Shown here: in pieces, positions 1 to 11,869 of the stretch
Position numbering within the stretch: the first letter of the stretch is position 1
Layout: the number at the start of each line of letters is the position of its first letter
Assembly: GCA_964106645.2 (NCBI GenBank)
Contig: OZ067048.1
Reading direction: 5' to 3' (one strand)
DNA length: 64,000 bases
From: Podarcis pityusensis
Lineage: Eukaryota
The notes under the pieces: generated by a model
Databases searched by the model: none
Told to the model about the DNA's origin: nothing
What the model saw: the letters and a program-made list of their open reading frames with translations, nothing else
Translations under genes and position numbers: made by a program

Positions 1-2179
1 AAAGTTTTGGATTACTCCTGAACCTGAAAGTTGCTGATACCAAAGAAGCTGAGTCACCTGTTGTTGGATGTATTGAGGCTGCACATGAACATGAGGCTAG
101 AGAAGCAATTGAAAATGTCCCTGCTCATGGGAGAGTGCTTGGCTAAGGATAAATCACTCATAGACGCTATCAGACAGATCATGCTGCCTAGTGAAATATC
201 TGGAAAAGGGGGCTCTTGCATCTCTGTAGAGTATACTTACAAGTTTGAATTGATGCCTGGTCATCAACACAATCCAAATTTCTGCAAGCCCCACCTACAA
301 TCATCTGCAAAAGCATTCTTCAGAAGACAAGACTGTTTATAACCATCCTAAATTCAGCAAAATTCTCTACTGGTAACTTAAATAACAAATATTGCAACAT
401 CTCTGAGTTAGATGGGACCTAACTGAGTCAACTAGCCCAACTCCCTTTCTGGTAAAAGATAACTGTATGTAAAGCATCCTTATTTGATGCTTATCATTGA
501 AAAATAATAATAATAGGAGAGGAATTCTTCAATCTTCCTGTGCAGCTTTTTCAATTGCTGGATTTATTGTATCACAAAGTAGCGGAACAGTATGGATCCC
601 TAATTTAAAAAAAAGCTAATTGCTTTCTGAGAATGAGTTCATATAAGTACTTTGAGTGCTGTTATATTAAATAGTGTGTGTTTATCTGATGTTCTAACTG
701 TGCAGCCTTCTCAGATGTACTTAAAAAATACACACCCTAAGATGTAGAGCAAAATTTAGAATGTGATTGGTGATTCCCGAAGTTCAGCGCTAGTTGGTAA
801 TCCCTGTGACACTTTCCCCTGGGGCTGCAAGCCCTTTTTGCAGCTACAGTGCTGCCCTAGAGAAGTAAATGCTTCCTTTGGAATGTAGAGTTTGGGGCAT
901 TACAGATTAATCACTATTAATAGATTGTGTCTCTTGCAAAAACATGCTATCAAGGCTGACAAATTTACAGGCTGGAAAATGTAGAAATGGCAGTAAATAA
1001 CTGCAAAAATGCAAAGGGAAAGAAGATGAATAAAGCATACAGAGAGAGGCAGAGATCCATGTTTTTAATGTGGACTCTATTTTAAATTTAACATTATTGC
1101 ATTACTTGTATAAACCTGAAGACCTAAGTAATTTGAGTTTGAATATGACTTCTGTTAGTTCACAGAATGTGACCTATCTGCTACTGTGTTTAAAGCATTC
1201 AGTTGCTGGCAGTACCATGAACTACTACAAATTCTCTATCACTGTGCTTCACTAGCAGAAAATACAGCCGTGGCATACAATTTAATCACCCTTTTCTACC
1301 TCTGTACTTAAGTAGAGGAAGAACCTTATATGAGGAAATTTTTGTGGATGTTAAACTTTGTGTGTTACTTCAGACACTTTTTAGATAGCACAGAAGGGTA
1401 GTGAGTAGTGTGTCAGTGCAAATGAATGCTTTTAATTAGTATAGGATGTAATGGCAAATGGACTTTACCAACATCTTTCACATAACTGGTTAATCTTGGG
1501 GGGGGGGGTAGTTAACAAACAATAACAGTAGGCAACATGGCTAAAGCAATACTTTCAGCTGTTTGTAAGTAGAAAATGTATTGGTATGTAAAAATTATGC
1601 CAGACTCATGTGAGAGGCCTGTTCCAGTTGCTGAAAGAGGCAAAACCAGCTAATCTATTAGAGTCATTTTCCTTTCTCAGATCCTTAAGAGTAGGGAACT
1701 CGCATGACGCTGCATGTGTGTGTGTATGTGTGTATGGATATGTGTTAGTTGCAGTCCAATTTGCTGTCTACAGCTCATTATTTTGGGCTTTGATCACTGG
1801 ACTCTAGTGAGAAGCTAGCTATCTTTAAACTTTGTTCTCCCCCATGGCCTTGGATGCATTTTGATTAACTCCATTCTTTAATAGTTGAAGCCCTGCCCCG
1901 GTTGAGCACAGTCCCAAAATGGTTTCTACCTCTTGGTACCTCTCATGTTAGATGTGGATTGCTAAATTGCTAGGAGTTACAGGCATCTTTTACTGCAGAT
2001 ATTATAGGTGGGTTATAGTGAATATTACAGACCTCAATATTCCTCTAAACTGAGTTTTTGCCATTTTGTAAGTGCAAATATCTGTACAAGTACAAATTAC
2101 TAATAAAGACTATTTTTGTGTGCTTTCATAGAAATGTGAACCAACATAACTGTTCAGTTTTTCTGAATTATTATTCTAG

Positions 2180-2812
2180 GATCAAGACCACCTTTAATAC
2201 TTCAGTCTCAGCCTCCACCTTACTCATCACCTAGAGATGTTCCCCCAGACATATTATTAGATTCTCCTGAAAGAAAGCAAAAGAAACAAAAGAAAATGAA
2301 GTTAGGCAAGGATGAAAAAGACCAGACTGAAAAAGCTGCAATGTATGATATCATTAGCTCTCCATCTAAGGACTCTACTAAACTTACGTTAAGACTTACT
2401 CGTGTAAGATCTTCAGATATGGACCAGCAGGATGATATGCTTTCTGGTTTGGAAAACAGTAACGTGTCAGAAGGGGACATTTCCTTTAATGTGCAGTATC
2501 CAGGACAGACTTCTAAAACACCAGTTACTCCACAGGATATTAATCGCCCATTAAATGCTGCTCAGTGTTTGCCGCAGCATGAACAAACAGCATTCCTTCA
2601 GGCACAACAAGTGCCTGTTTTACAGCCGAACACTTCCGTTTCTGCAAAACAACCTCAAAATCCTTTGGTACAGACGCATCAACAGGTTTCACAACATGGA
2701 ACTATCACGCCATATGATGAAGTAGAATTGGATGCATTGGCTGAAATTGAACGGATAGAACGGGAATCAGCTATTGAAAGGGAACGGTTTTCAAAAGAAG
2801 TGCAAGACAAAG
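2180..2812 (+). CDS. NIPBL: NIPBL exon 9 (SRPPLILQSQ...FSKEVQDK)
   Basis: tag|GATCA acceptor, AAG|gtaaaa donor; 633 nt; overlaps ORF 2296..2868. Confidence 0.97.
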
Positions 2813-5495
2813 GTAAAACTGTTGCGTATGTGCTGTATTTATATTTAATCAAATTTCCTATCCCCTAGAAGCCCTTGAAAATAAACCATAATCTCCATAT
2901 AAATTCACATCCTTAGTACAAAGTTGGTGATTAGTGGTGTCTAAATATTTAGAGAACAAACTTGTAGTGTGACAAATCTCTCTTAAACCGAAAAGGAATA
3001 CAATTTAGGTTGTAATCTTGTGTATACTCACTTGGAGATAAGTGCTACTGAACTCAATTGGATTGACATAGGATAGGGAGGGCTGTTTACTGTAACTTGC
3101 ATTTGTCTTCTCAAGAGTAGAGCAAGGGATAAGGGAAAAGCTTTGTAATTGATGATAGCCACTTTTTGCAGCATTCATCCTGTAATGCATTTGTTAAGGT
3201 GGGCAGACTTTCAGCTTGCAGGATCTGGTTTTTGCGTGTGTATATTTGCCAGAGCCAGTTACAACATACTGGTGGTGAATCTAGCTGGAAAAAATGTGGC
3301 TGGAGCTGGACACAATTGTAGTGACCTCCCTTTATCAGTAGACATTTACATCTGAACTACACACCAGAGACTTAACATCACACAAAGATCTTGTTACAGT
3401 GATTGCATTTAGTATATTATTTTTCTAAACATCATAATCCAACGCTGATCAATTCTGCCTTGTGCTCCCCCCTCATTACCTCAAGTGATGAGAAATAAGA
3501 AGAAAAGAAGGGAGGGAAAGAATGGAACTAATATCAATCCTGTGCTTGTTTAACCACAAATAAAACTAGTAACATCTTTCATTATCAAAATAACAGACTT
3601 GCGAACCTACTCTACTTAAAAAACTAAATTAATTCATTTTAGGAGATACATCTAATATCTACCCAATGCATATATAGTCAGAAATGTCACCAAGATATGA
3701 GTGATTGAAAGCCATACTAGAACTAGGTTGAACAATTTCATAAAAGTAAGATAACAGATCACCAGAGTTTGTCGTCATCAGACCTGGAGAGCTTTTATTT
3801 GCATGTTTACTTGGAAATGTAACTTTGTGTTCAGTTGAGCTTAGTGTGCTATTCCCCCCCCCCCCCCAGATTTGTTGTTAGTAGATAGAATGGGAGTTAT
3901 ATTTAGGGGGGAAGTGGGATTTTTTTGAGGAAGGAAGTGGAAGAGTAGGAAGAGAAGAAGAAAATATGAAATAGGCAGTTCCTAAGTTGGCACAAGTTTA
4001 GCTCTGTCACCAAGAGGATAGAACTACATGCACTTTGGGCAAGTCATTGGTGGGGAGGTGGGTACAAAGAGAGGAAAAGTTTATGGGCAGCACTTCTCTC
4101 AAATAGAACAAACTCTCAAGTTTCATCACAATTAAGGCTGCAGGCACAGCTCTCCAACTTCTCCTGGCTAGTTCAAGGCAAACTTTCTCCTTGCAAGGGG
4201 GAGAAGATATGGAGGGAAAAGAGAGGGAAAACAGCTGTGGCTCCTGCATATGGATTCTCACTTCTATGAATGGATGCTTAACATGCTTGGGAATGAGAGG
4301 GGAATTTGATCAAATAGTTGCTCTCACCTCAGAATTTTGCTAGTTGGTACCCCAAGCAATTTTTTGTCTCCATCTGGGCTGCTAACTTTGCCTCATCAGA
4401 AGCAACTTAGTTACTCTTATTCTGGCCTTTTGAACAGGTGCAGATCCACAGTTAGGGTAAAAATGCTGCTGGACATGTGCACAAAGCAGCAATAAAAGAT
4501 AGAGCATGTCAAGTCTCTCAGGGGAGACTATTGGCAGGCAAAATCATCATGATTGACATTTTACCTTGCAGTGTTCTGCTTGCCTCCACACTGAGATAAT
4601 AGAAATGGCTGTTGCTGTTCAGTATGGGAATATCCATGTAGCCTACTTACATTTCATTGTTAAAGCATTTTGGCAGCATTTCCTCAACATCTGCTTCATG
4701 GAGAAATGGAAAGACAACCAAACCTACTGAATTGTTGGATAGTCAATACTAGTAAAAGACATAGGAAAAGGGCTCCGTCTTTATTTTAAAAGTTGTCTGA
4801 ACACTAGTTTATACCTTTGAAATTCTTTTTTCCAATAGCTTGTGATACATATTTGGTCTGACACCAATAAGTTAATCACCAGTTCTAGTTGCAAACAGCG
4901 ATATCTTGAAATAGCATAGAGCCATCTTAGGGTCCATTGACAAAGAGTTGCCTGCAATTTCAATTGTAACGTTTTATCCATAATTGGTTAAAATTGGACA
5001 TCTCAAGTAATTCGGCAGAGCATTGCTAACATACAACACCACCAGTTTTCTAAATCTGAAATATCTAGGAGGTATAAGATATCAGTGATACCATGGTTTG
5101 TAAATACAAACACTTACATTAGTTCTTCTGAAATCAGTGTAGATGACATTGTTTTAGCTCCATTGGTCCAGTGAAATAGTCCAATCAGCATACATGCTGC
5201 CTCTTTTTTTCTTTGAAATGATAGCTCTCAGTAAATTTTATAGCACCTGATAAGACCATGGGAATTGCCCTTGTTTGTTGTGTCTTTGCCAGTATGGACA
5301 ATGGAGGAATGTTTCCCTCTTCTGGGTTAAACCTAGAGCTGGGACAATGGGTGCAATGCACACATGCCTTGCAGCTGCTGCAGACGTGGGAGAGAGGTAT
5401 CAGATCCTATAGTAACAGGAATGCTTTCCATACCCTGTGAGATTGAGAAGATGTTAAATAGATGGTGCTATGCGAAGGATAGGTAGCAAGTAGAG

Positions 5496-5692
5496 CAGAA
5501 CTTTTCAAACTGTGTGTTGTGACACGTCAGCATGTTGGCTGCGGTGTGTCTCGTGAATGCTCTCCGTGCTCCTACCGGGGCTGGAAAGTGGTTAGTTTAA
5601 CCTCTAATTTGTTAATAAAACTGATTTACTGTCTTGCAAAATTATGTATGTCTAAAAAGTGTGTCACCAACATGAAAAGTTTGGGAGTGCCT
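5496..5692. mobile_element. Degenerate non-autonomous hAT (Charlie-like) element
   Basis: Imperfect TIRs CAGAACTTTTCAAACT / AGTTTGGGAGTGCCT; no clear TSD. Confidence 0.55.
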
Positions 5693-7236
5693 TTCCCTAA
5701 TAATCTGATGCAATCACTGTTGTGCCATTAGATAAGAATGCCATGTCCTGCATAATTTACTACAACAGTAGAGCTATATTTCAGTGATGGAAGCCCGTAC
5801 CATACCAGGTCACTATTTCAGCTGTCAGAAGACACCAAGTGTGTGATACAAAGTCTAAAATTCATTTTCCCTTTAATGAAGCTTTAATCTGTTTTAATGG
5901 TTTAGCATAATTATGTTTCAAAGTGTTGATTGGCATTACTTTACTTGTATACAGATTTAGTGTTTCTTTTTTCTCTTGTAAATCTAATACTTTTACTAAA
6001 TTTATCAGATCATTCTCACTTATGTATTCTTACAGCTGGTTCAGAAACGTGTGTTACATCTTAATGTTAGTGACACAATATGAAGGTGTCCTGAAATCAG
6101 CTTCCTAATCATTACAAATCCATATTTACCTTTTTTTGCTTTTTTATAAACTTTTTTTTTAAAAAAAACATTCTGCTTTCCCCTCCCCTCAACCCATTCC
6201 CAGATATTTGGGATATGTAAACTAAAAATGCTGCTGTGATGTGTGGATTGCGCTTTTCAAGGTATGTTGAGGAAAGCTTGACAGTCAGAACAAATCTTGT
6301 GCCCAGTTAGATATACTTAAAAGATTTAGTAGCCCAGGAGATCTGAATTATAACTGTATCATAGCAGCTTTTTGCCTTGCCACATTGTCTACTAGTGAGA
6401 GCTTGAGAAAAATGAACTGAGAGATACCACTGTAAGTTTGATACTATTAATTGAAAATTCATTTCCTGAGTTAAAAATACACAGATCAACATCAAATTGT
6501 TTGACTATCCATCAACATTCTACATGAGTCAGTGCAGCTTCTATTAATTATGTGGCTCAAGGAATGGATAATATATAAAATCTGATTCATAAATTACAGA
6601 ACATAGGATAAGTTGAGATTCTGGATGATCTCAAATTGGAGTGCTCGTTGTTGTTGTTTTAGTGAGGTAAATCCAGGGGTCTGTAATGCTTGAATAGATT
6701 CTGGAGATAGTGGGCTAGGCAACATAACTCGAGCAAATAATGACAGTTTTAGGTGGGCTTTGATGGACTGTGAGTCAGTATGTGTAAAAATGCATGCATT
6801 TAGAATAACATAGTTCCAAGCCATGATTGAAGTCCTGTGCTGAGATTCCTTATCCAATGAAAGGAGAAGCAATTGGTTTGACTAAATGTAGATCTGATTT
6901 AAAACAACTGAAAAGCTACATATGTCCACAACCTTTTTGAATGGTTTGATGCACCGAGTGTGTGTTGAAGTCTCCACACACCTTTCATGCACAAAGCCAA
7001 AGAGTTGCATCATCACTGTTTTAAGCTTCTTCCAGTTTTCTGTTGTATGTAGGAAATTCTATCCAAAATTCCACAAATTAAGAAATTTCTAGCGATTATA
7101 AGACTTCTCTTAATTTCATTCTAGTATGCACATACCTGTAAGTGAACAAAAAGGAAGTGGCCATGTTTTATGTTGTGCTGTTTTCTGTGGTGTGTTTGCC
7201 ATATTTAAATATTGAGCTTCAAGGATCTCATTTCCT

Positions 7237-7741
7237 TTTTAAAAAAAAAAAATATTTATTACTTTTCCAACAATTTATACACTACAAAAACAATACAATA
7301 CAATACAAAAACACTACATAACATTGACATATTAAACACATTAAACTAACAAAACAAAACAAAAACAATAAAATAAACAATTTCAATATCCCATCTTTCA
7401 TTCACTTATTTCCACGACCTCCTCACACCTCCCTTTTTGTATTCCACTTCTATTAATTGTTTCAGCAATTCCTTTCCATCTTCCTCTGTTTTCTATCCTA
7501 TTAATTATCTTAACACATTCTAACCTTATTTTTTCCTTTAATACTCTATTAATCTATTTATACTTAATTCCTTACAACATTTCTACTAAAGCCATATAAC
7601 TTCATTCCAGCATTTTTCTAACATTCATTAATTTTACAGTATTTCTGTAAATAGTCTTTAAACTTTTTCCAATCTTCTTCCACCAACTCTTCTCCCTGGT
7701 CTCGGATTCTGCCAGTCATTTCCGCCAATTCCATATAATCC
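7237..7741 (-). mobile_element. 5'-truncated L1-type LINE (ORF2 C-terminus plus 3'UTR)
   Basis: Perfect 17-bp TSD CAAGGATCTCATTTCCT (7220-7236, 7742-7758); - strand encodes DYMELAEMTGRIRDQGEELVEEDWKKFKDYLQKYCKINEC* (7740-7618); AATAAA near the 3' end. Confidence 0.85.
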
Positions 7742-8359
7742 CAAGGATCTCATTTCCTAGGATTATATATGATCTGATTTCAGTCACTTTGATCTTTGAT
7801 TCAATGAAAAGTCAAAGAATCTGATTACATCCTTCAGAGTTCAGAGGTAATTGTTTAACTATTAACTATTTCCTTCTACTAGTGTCTCACTCTTTTTCTT
7901 ATCAGGAGATGGATTTAATGCATATTTTTAAAAAGACAGTTTTATGTCCACTATTGGTAGTTTTGTAATCTAAACTAATTGTATGCAAATGATCTATTGT
8001 AATTCTCAACCCTATTTATGGACAGAGAAATTGGGGATGGGGAAGGGGGAATAAGCATTTCATCATTTTTCTGGAGAGAGGAGAAATGGGATTAGGCTTG
8101 CCATTGTAAATGTAGTTATATCTATTGAAACATGTGGCTAATGAATGTGATAAATATATTATAATTGGTAGTAGAATGTCATCCAGAGTTTACAATTTCC
8201 AAGTAATATCCAAATAATATATATCGGTTCATAACCAAACAGTTACTGTAAAGAGTTACTGGTGAGGAACACCATGATGCAGGCAGGATGCCTTTCGTTG
8301 CCCAAGAAGTATCGTGGTGGGTGCTCCAACGTAACGAATTCAACAGCAATCAGCAAATA

Positions 8360-8419
8360 AGCAGTACAGTATATCCGGATTGGATGAACTGTTTTGAACT
8401 AGACTCTTCGTCAGCTGAT
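8360..8419 (-). ncRNA. Type I hammerhead ribozyme motif, probably inactive (G12>A), in a likely Penelope-like element remnant
   Basis: - strand: ATCAG CTGACGA A GAG-TCTAG-TTC AAAAC AG...CTGT A CTGCT; stems I-III can all form. Confidence 0.65.
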
Positions 8420-10009
8420 AATGAAATTAAAGACATTACTTACAATGAATGACAACAAAAATAATACTGAGCAACTTGCATATTAAATAATGAATAAATA
8501 ATGAATAAGGAATACATACAGTAGTTTTTTTAGAATATCCATACAGGTAAATATAGTACTTGTGGATCAGAGCTCATTAATCAGTGTAGCTAACGGATAC
8601 TGATACAACCGATGTAAGAACTTATAAAGCAGTAGTATAGCTTGTTTTTCTCATTAATCCCCCCGCTGCTGTTGCAAGAAACTGTTGGCAGCCTGGCCAC
8701 CATTTTGCATTCTTTACATTGCCTGGACCTAACACCATTCCAAGGCATTGTAGAAGGAAAAAGTGTTCACCACAAAAAATGGTGGAGAGCATTCAGATAA
8801 AATTTTCAAAGTGACATATTTTTCTGGGTGAAATCTCCAAATACTTTCAGAAAAAAAGGCTTTTGAGAAATTTTGGTTCAACTAAAATTGTTGTATTTAG
8901 GGATACAAACAAATGCATGCCAGGAGATCAAAAATAATGAGGTTTTAAGTGTACAGGTGTATAATGTCTGTTTACTTTCTGATTCCCCAAGCCACTCTGC
9001 CTTGGCAAAACTCGTTCTCCTGAGGACTGTAAAAATAGGTGGGTTGTCATGCTGACCACAAGACATGGCTGATGGTCTGAGTTCTGATTGCTGGACTATA
9101 ATTTCTGTAGTCCTAAAAATCTGTACAAGAGCTATAGATTTATTAATGAACTTTGTGACTGTTGAATACTAGTCATTTCTTTCTTTGGCACTATCCAATC
9201 ATCCAGGCACTGGTTTGCTCTATGCTCAGTCAAGTAGGAGGCAGGATTTCTCTGTGCAATGATTTTCTTTCCACCTTCACTTTTATAGTGCTATGGTACC
9301 TGTCTTTCAGAAATTGGGTTTTCCTCCACCTTTTCCACCACTGCTTCAGCAGCCAGGACTAAAGAGACCTAGTTTAGCTACCTTTAGTTTTTTAAGTTCT
9401 TTACTTTGGGGGCAGGGGAGGGTTTACTAGAGAATGATGGATGGTGTTCCTCATAGAGATGGCACTGCCTACTGGAAGGAACAGGCAGGTTCACTGAAGC
9501 CTTTTGCCTCCTCTCCAGTGGGAGGAGTGATCCCTCACACCAGACTGACTTTTCCTGCCTGCAGTTGGTGATGATTGAGTCTCCTTGTTCTCTGTTGAGT
9601 ACTTGCCTTTTCTTGGTCTGGTGCTTTTCCTATTGTATATTTTTGAATTGGTGATGTTTTTGTTTTTATTTTTACTTTGCTTCCTCCTCTCCCCCTTTGG
9701 TGCTACTACAGTTGTTTGTTTATTTCCCTTTTGTTACCCCAAATTGTGGGCTGTTTGTTTAGGAATAAGGAGCCACAGAACTAAAATAGAAAATGAAAGT
9801 GACCACCAGAACAGGTGAAGTCTTAGCTCAACTCCGTTGGGGGGGGGGGGGAGGGAATCAAATCCTATCATTTCCCACTGATACATTTGGAAATAAGCAT
9901 TGCCTAGCAGTTCTTGCATTGGCAGGCAGCAGAGCTCAGGGCTCCCCCTGGTGGATGTCAGGAATTTTGTAAAAGCTCATTGCTAACCACAAATCTTTTA
10001 GACAGAATA

Positions 10010-10048
10010 CAGTGGTACCTCGGGTTACAGATGCTTCAGGCTACAGAT
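10010..10048. mobile_element. Solo terminus of the CAGTGGTACCTC Tc1/mariner-type MITE family
   Basis: TA|CAGTGGTACCTCGGGTTACA, same terminus as the copies at 23837 and 36971. Confidence 0.65.
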
Positions 10049-10360
10049 GTAATTCAGAATCATATTTATTCCTCAAAGAATATTTATTTATTTAATGAAT
10101 GTTGATGAAATTTAATTATTTCCTGTTCTTGCTGGTATAGTTGGTTCTACCTTGCTGTAGATGGTTCAAACATAATTTAGTGTGACTGTTTTGTTTTTAA
10201 ATCTCACTAGCTTTCCCTAATTCATTTTAAGTTATATTGTTTTCTACAGCAGTCCAGTTATGTGTCATAGTCTATGAACATACAAAAATGCATATGTTTC
10301 ATTTCCTTGATAAATTCACTAAAATGAAGATTTTTAATTTATTCTTTCTTTGATTTGCAG

Positions 10361-11869
10361 ATAAGCCTTTGAAGAAACGAAAACAAGATTCCTATCCACA
10401 GGAGGCTGGAGGTGCTACTGGAGGAAATAAACCAGCTTCTCAGGAGACAGGTTCTGCAGGAAATGGGTCGAGGCCAGCCTTGATGGTTAGTATTGATCTG
10501 CAACAAGCAGGACGGGCGGACTCTCAGGCAACTGCTACTCAGGACTCTGACATCATCAAAAAGCCTGAAGAGATAAAGCAGTGTAACGATGGTTCTGTTT
10601 TTGTTCCTCAAGAGGATGTTATTGGAGTACTTAAACTAAAATCTGAAAACCACCCTGACATCCCTAGGAAAAAGTCAGATTCCGAAGGTGTAAAGGTGGA
10701 AATACAACACAATGAAAACAAACAAGCAGAAGTGCAGCAAAATGAGAGTAAACGGATAGAAACTAAACATACTGAAAGCAAGCAGGCAGAAATTAAACAT
10801 GAGAGCAAACATGAGAGTAGACAGGTGGATGTGAAACCAAACGAGAGCAAGCAGAATAATGGCAAACAGGAAATAAGGCAACGACCTGAGACTCCAAAAC
10901 AGAAAAATGAAGTGAGGCCAGATACTCCAAAACAGAAAAATGAAGGCAGGCCAGAAACCCCAAAGCAGAAGAATGAAGGCAGGCCAGAAACCCCCAAACA
11001 CAGACATGAAAACAGGCGGGATTCTGGTAAATCATCTTCAGAAAAGAAGCCTGATATATCTAAATATAAAATGGACATGAAATCTGATCCTTCCAGAGTG
11101 AAATCTGAAAGGCCTGATGCATTAAAACAGAGGACAGATGGACGTTCAGTTTCTGACTCTCTAAGACGGGATCATGATAACCTTAAACAAAAATCTGAGG
11201 ACAGGGGTGAATCAGAAAGACACAGAGGAGATTCATCCAAGCTGAGAAGACCTGAGTATTTGAGGTCTTCGAGTAAGGCCGAGCATGACTCTAAATATAT
11301 CATTAAATCTGATAACACAAAACCTGAAAAACTAGACAGAAAACACAGGCATGAGTCTGGTGAGTCCCGGGATAGGCTGTCATCTGGGGATCAGAGACCA
11401 AGACCTGACAGCCCTCGTATTAAACAAGAAAGTAAAAGTGATATTGGTAAATTAAGGCCAGATAGGCCGGGTTTTAAATCACACAACAGTAAAGATGAAC
11501 GAAGGACAGATGGTAATAAGAGCAAAATGGATGGTAACAAAGCACACACAGACAATAAAGCGGAATTTCCCAGTTATTTGTTGGGGGGAAGATCGGGGGC
11601 TTTGAAACACTTTATCATTCCAAAAATCAAACGTGATAAAGATGGTAATGTAATGCACGAAGCAAGGAAATCAGAAATTAAGGGTGAACCGAAGGACAAA
11701 GTTGAGAAGATTGGGCTTGTGGAGGATCTAAATAAAGGAGCTAAACCAGTCGTTGTTCTGCAGAAGCTTTCTTTGGATGATGTACAAAAAATTATTAAGG
11801 ATAGAGAAGACAAATCTAGAAGCTCTTGTTTTAAACCTAACAAGAACAAGTCATCCAGATCAAACAAAG
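10361..11869 (+). CDS. NIPBL: NIPBL exon 10 (large exon with PETPK repeats and PxVxL motif)
   Basis: cag|ATAAG acceptor, AAG|gtaggt donor; 1509 nt; ORF 10369..11925. Confidence 0.98.
11746..11760 (+). other. NIPBL: PxVxL HP1-binding motif (PVVVL) encoded in NIPBL exon 10
   Basis: CCA GTC GTT GTT CTG within GAKPVVVLQKL; established chromoshadow-binding motif of NIPBL. Confidence 0.85.

Noticed and set aside
1-2179. ORFs upstream of exon 9, such as 31..342
   Set aside because: No similarity to the NIPBL N-terminus; treated as intron 8 sequence.
8270-8355. Possible second hammerhead (CGAAAGGCA-TCC-TGCCT on the - strand)
   Set aside because: No correctly placed CUGANGA, and the cleavage position would be G.
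10882-11013. Regularly spaced 33-nt repeats, superficially CRISPR-like
   Set aside because: In-frame coding tandem repeat without spacers in a vertebrate exon.
10608-11867. Antisense ORFs of up to 156 aa over exon 10
   Set aside because: Shadow frames of the repetitive NIPBL coding strand.
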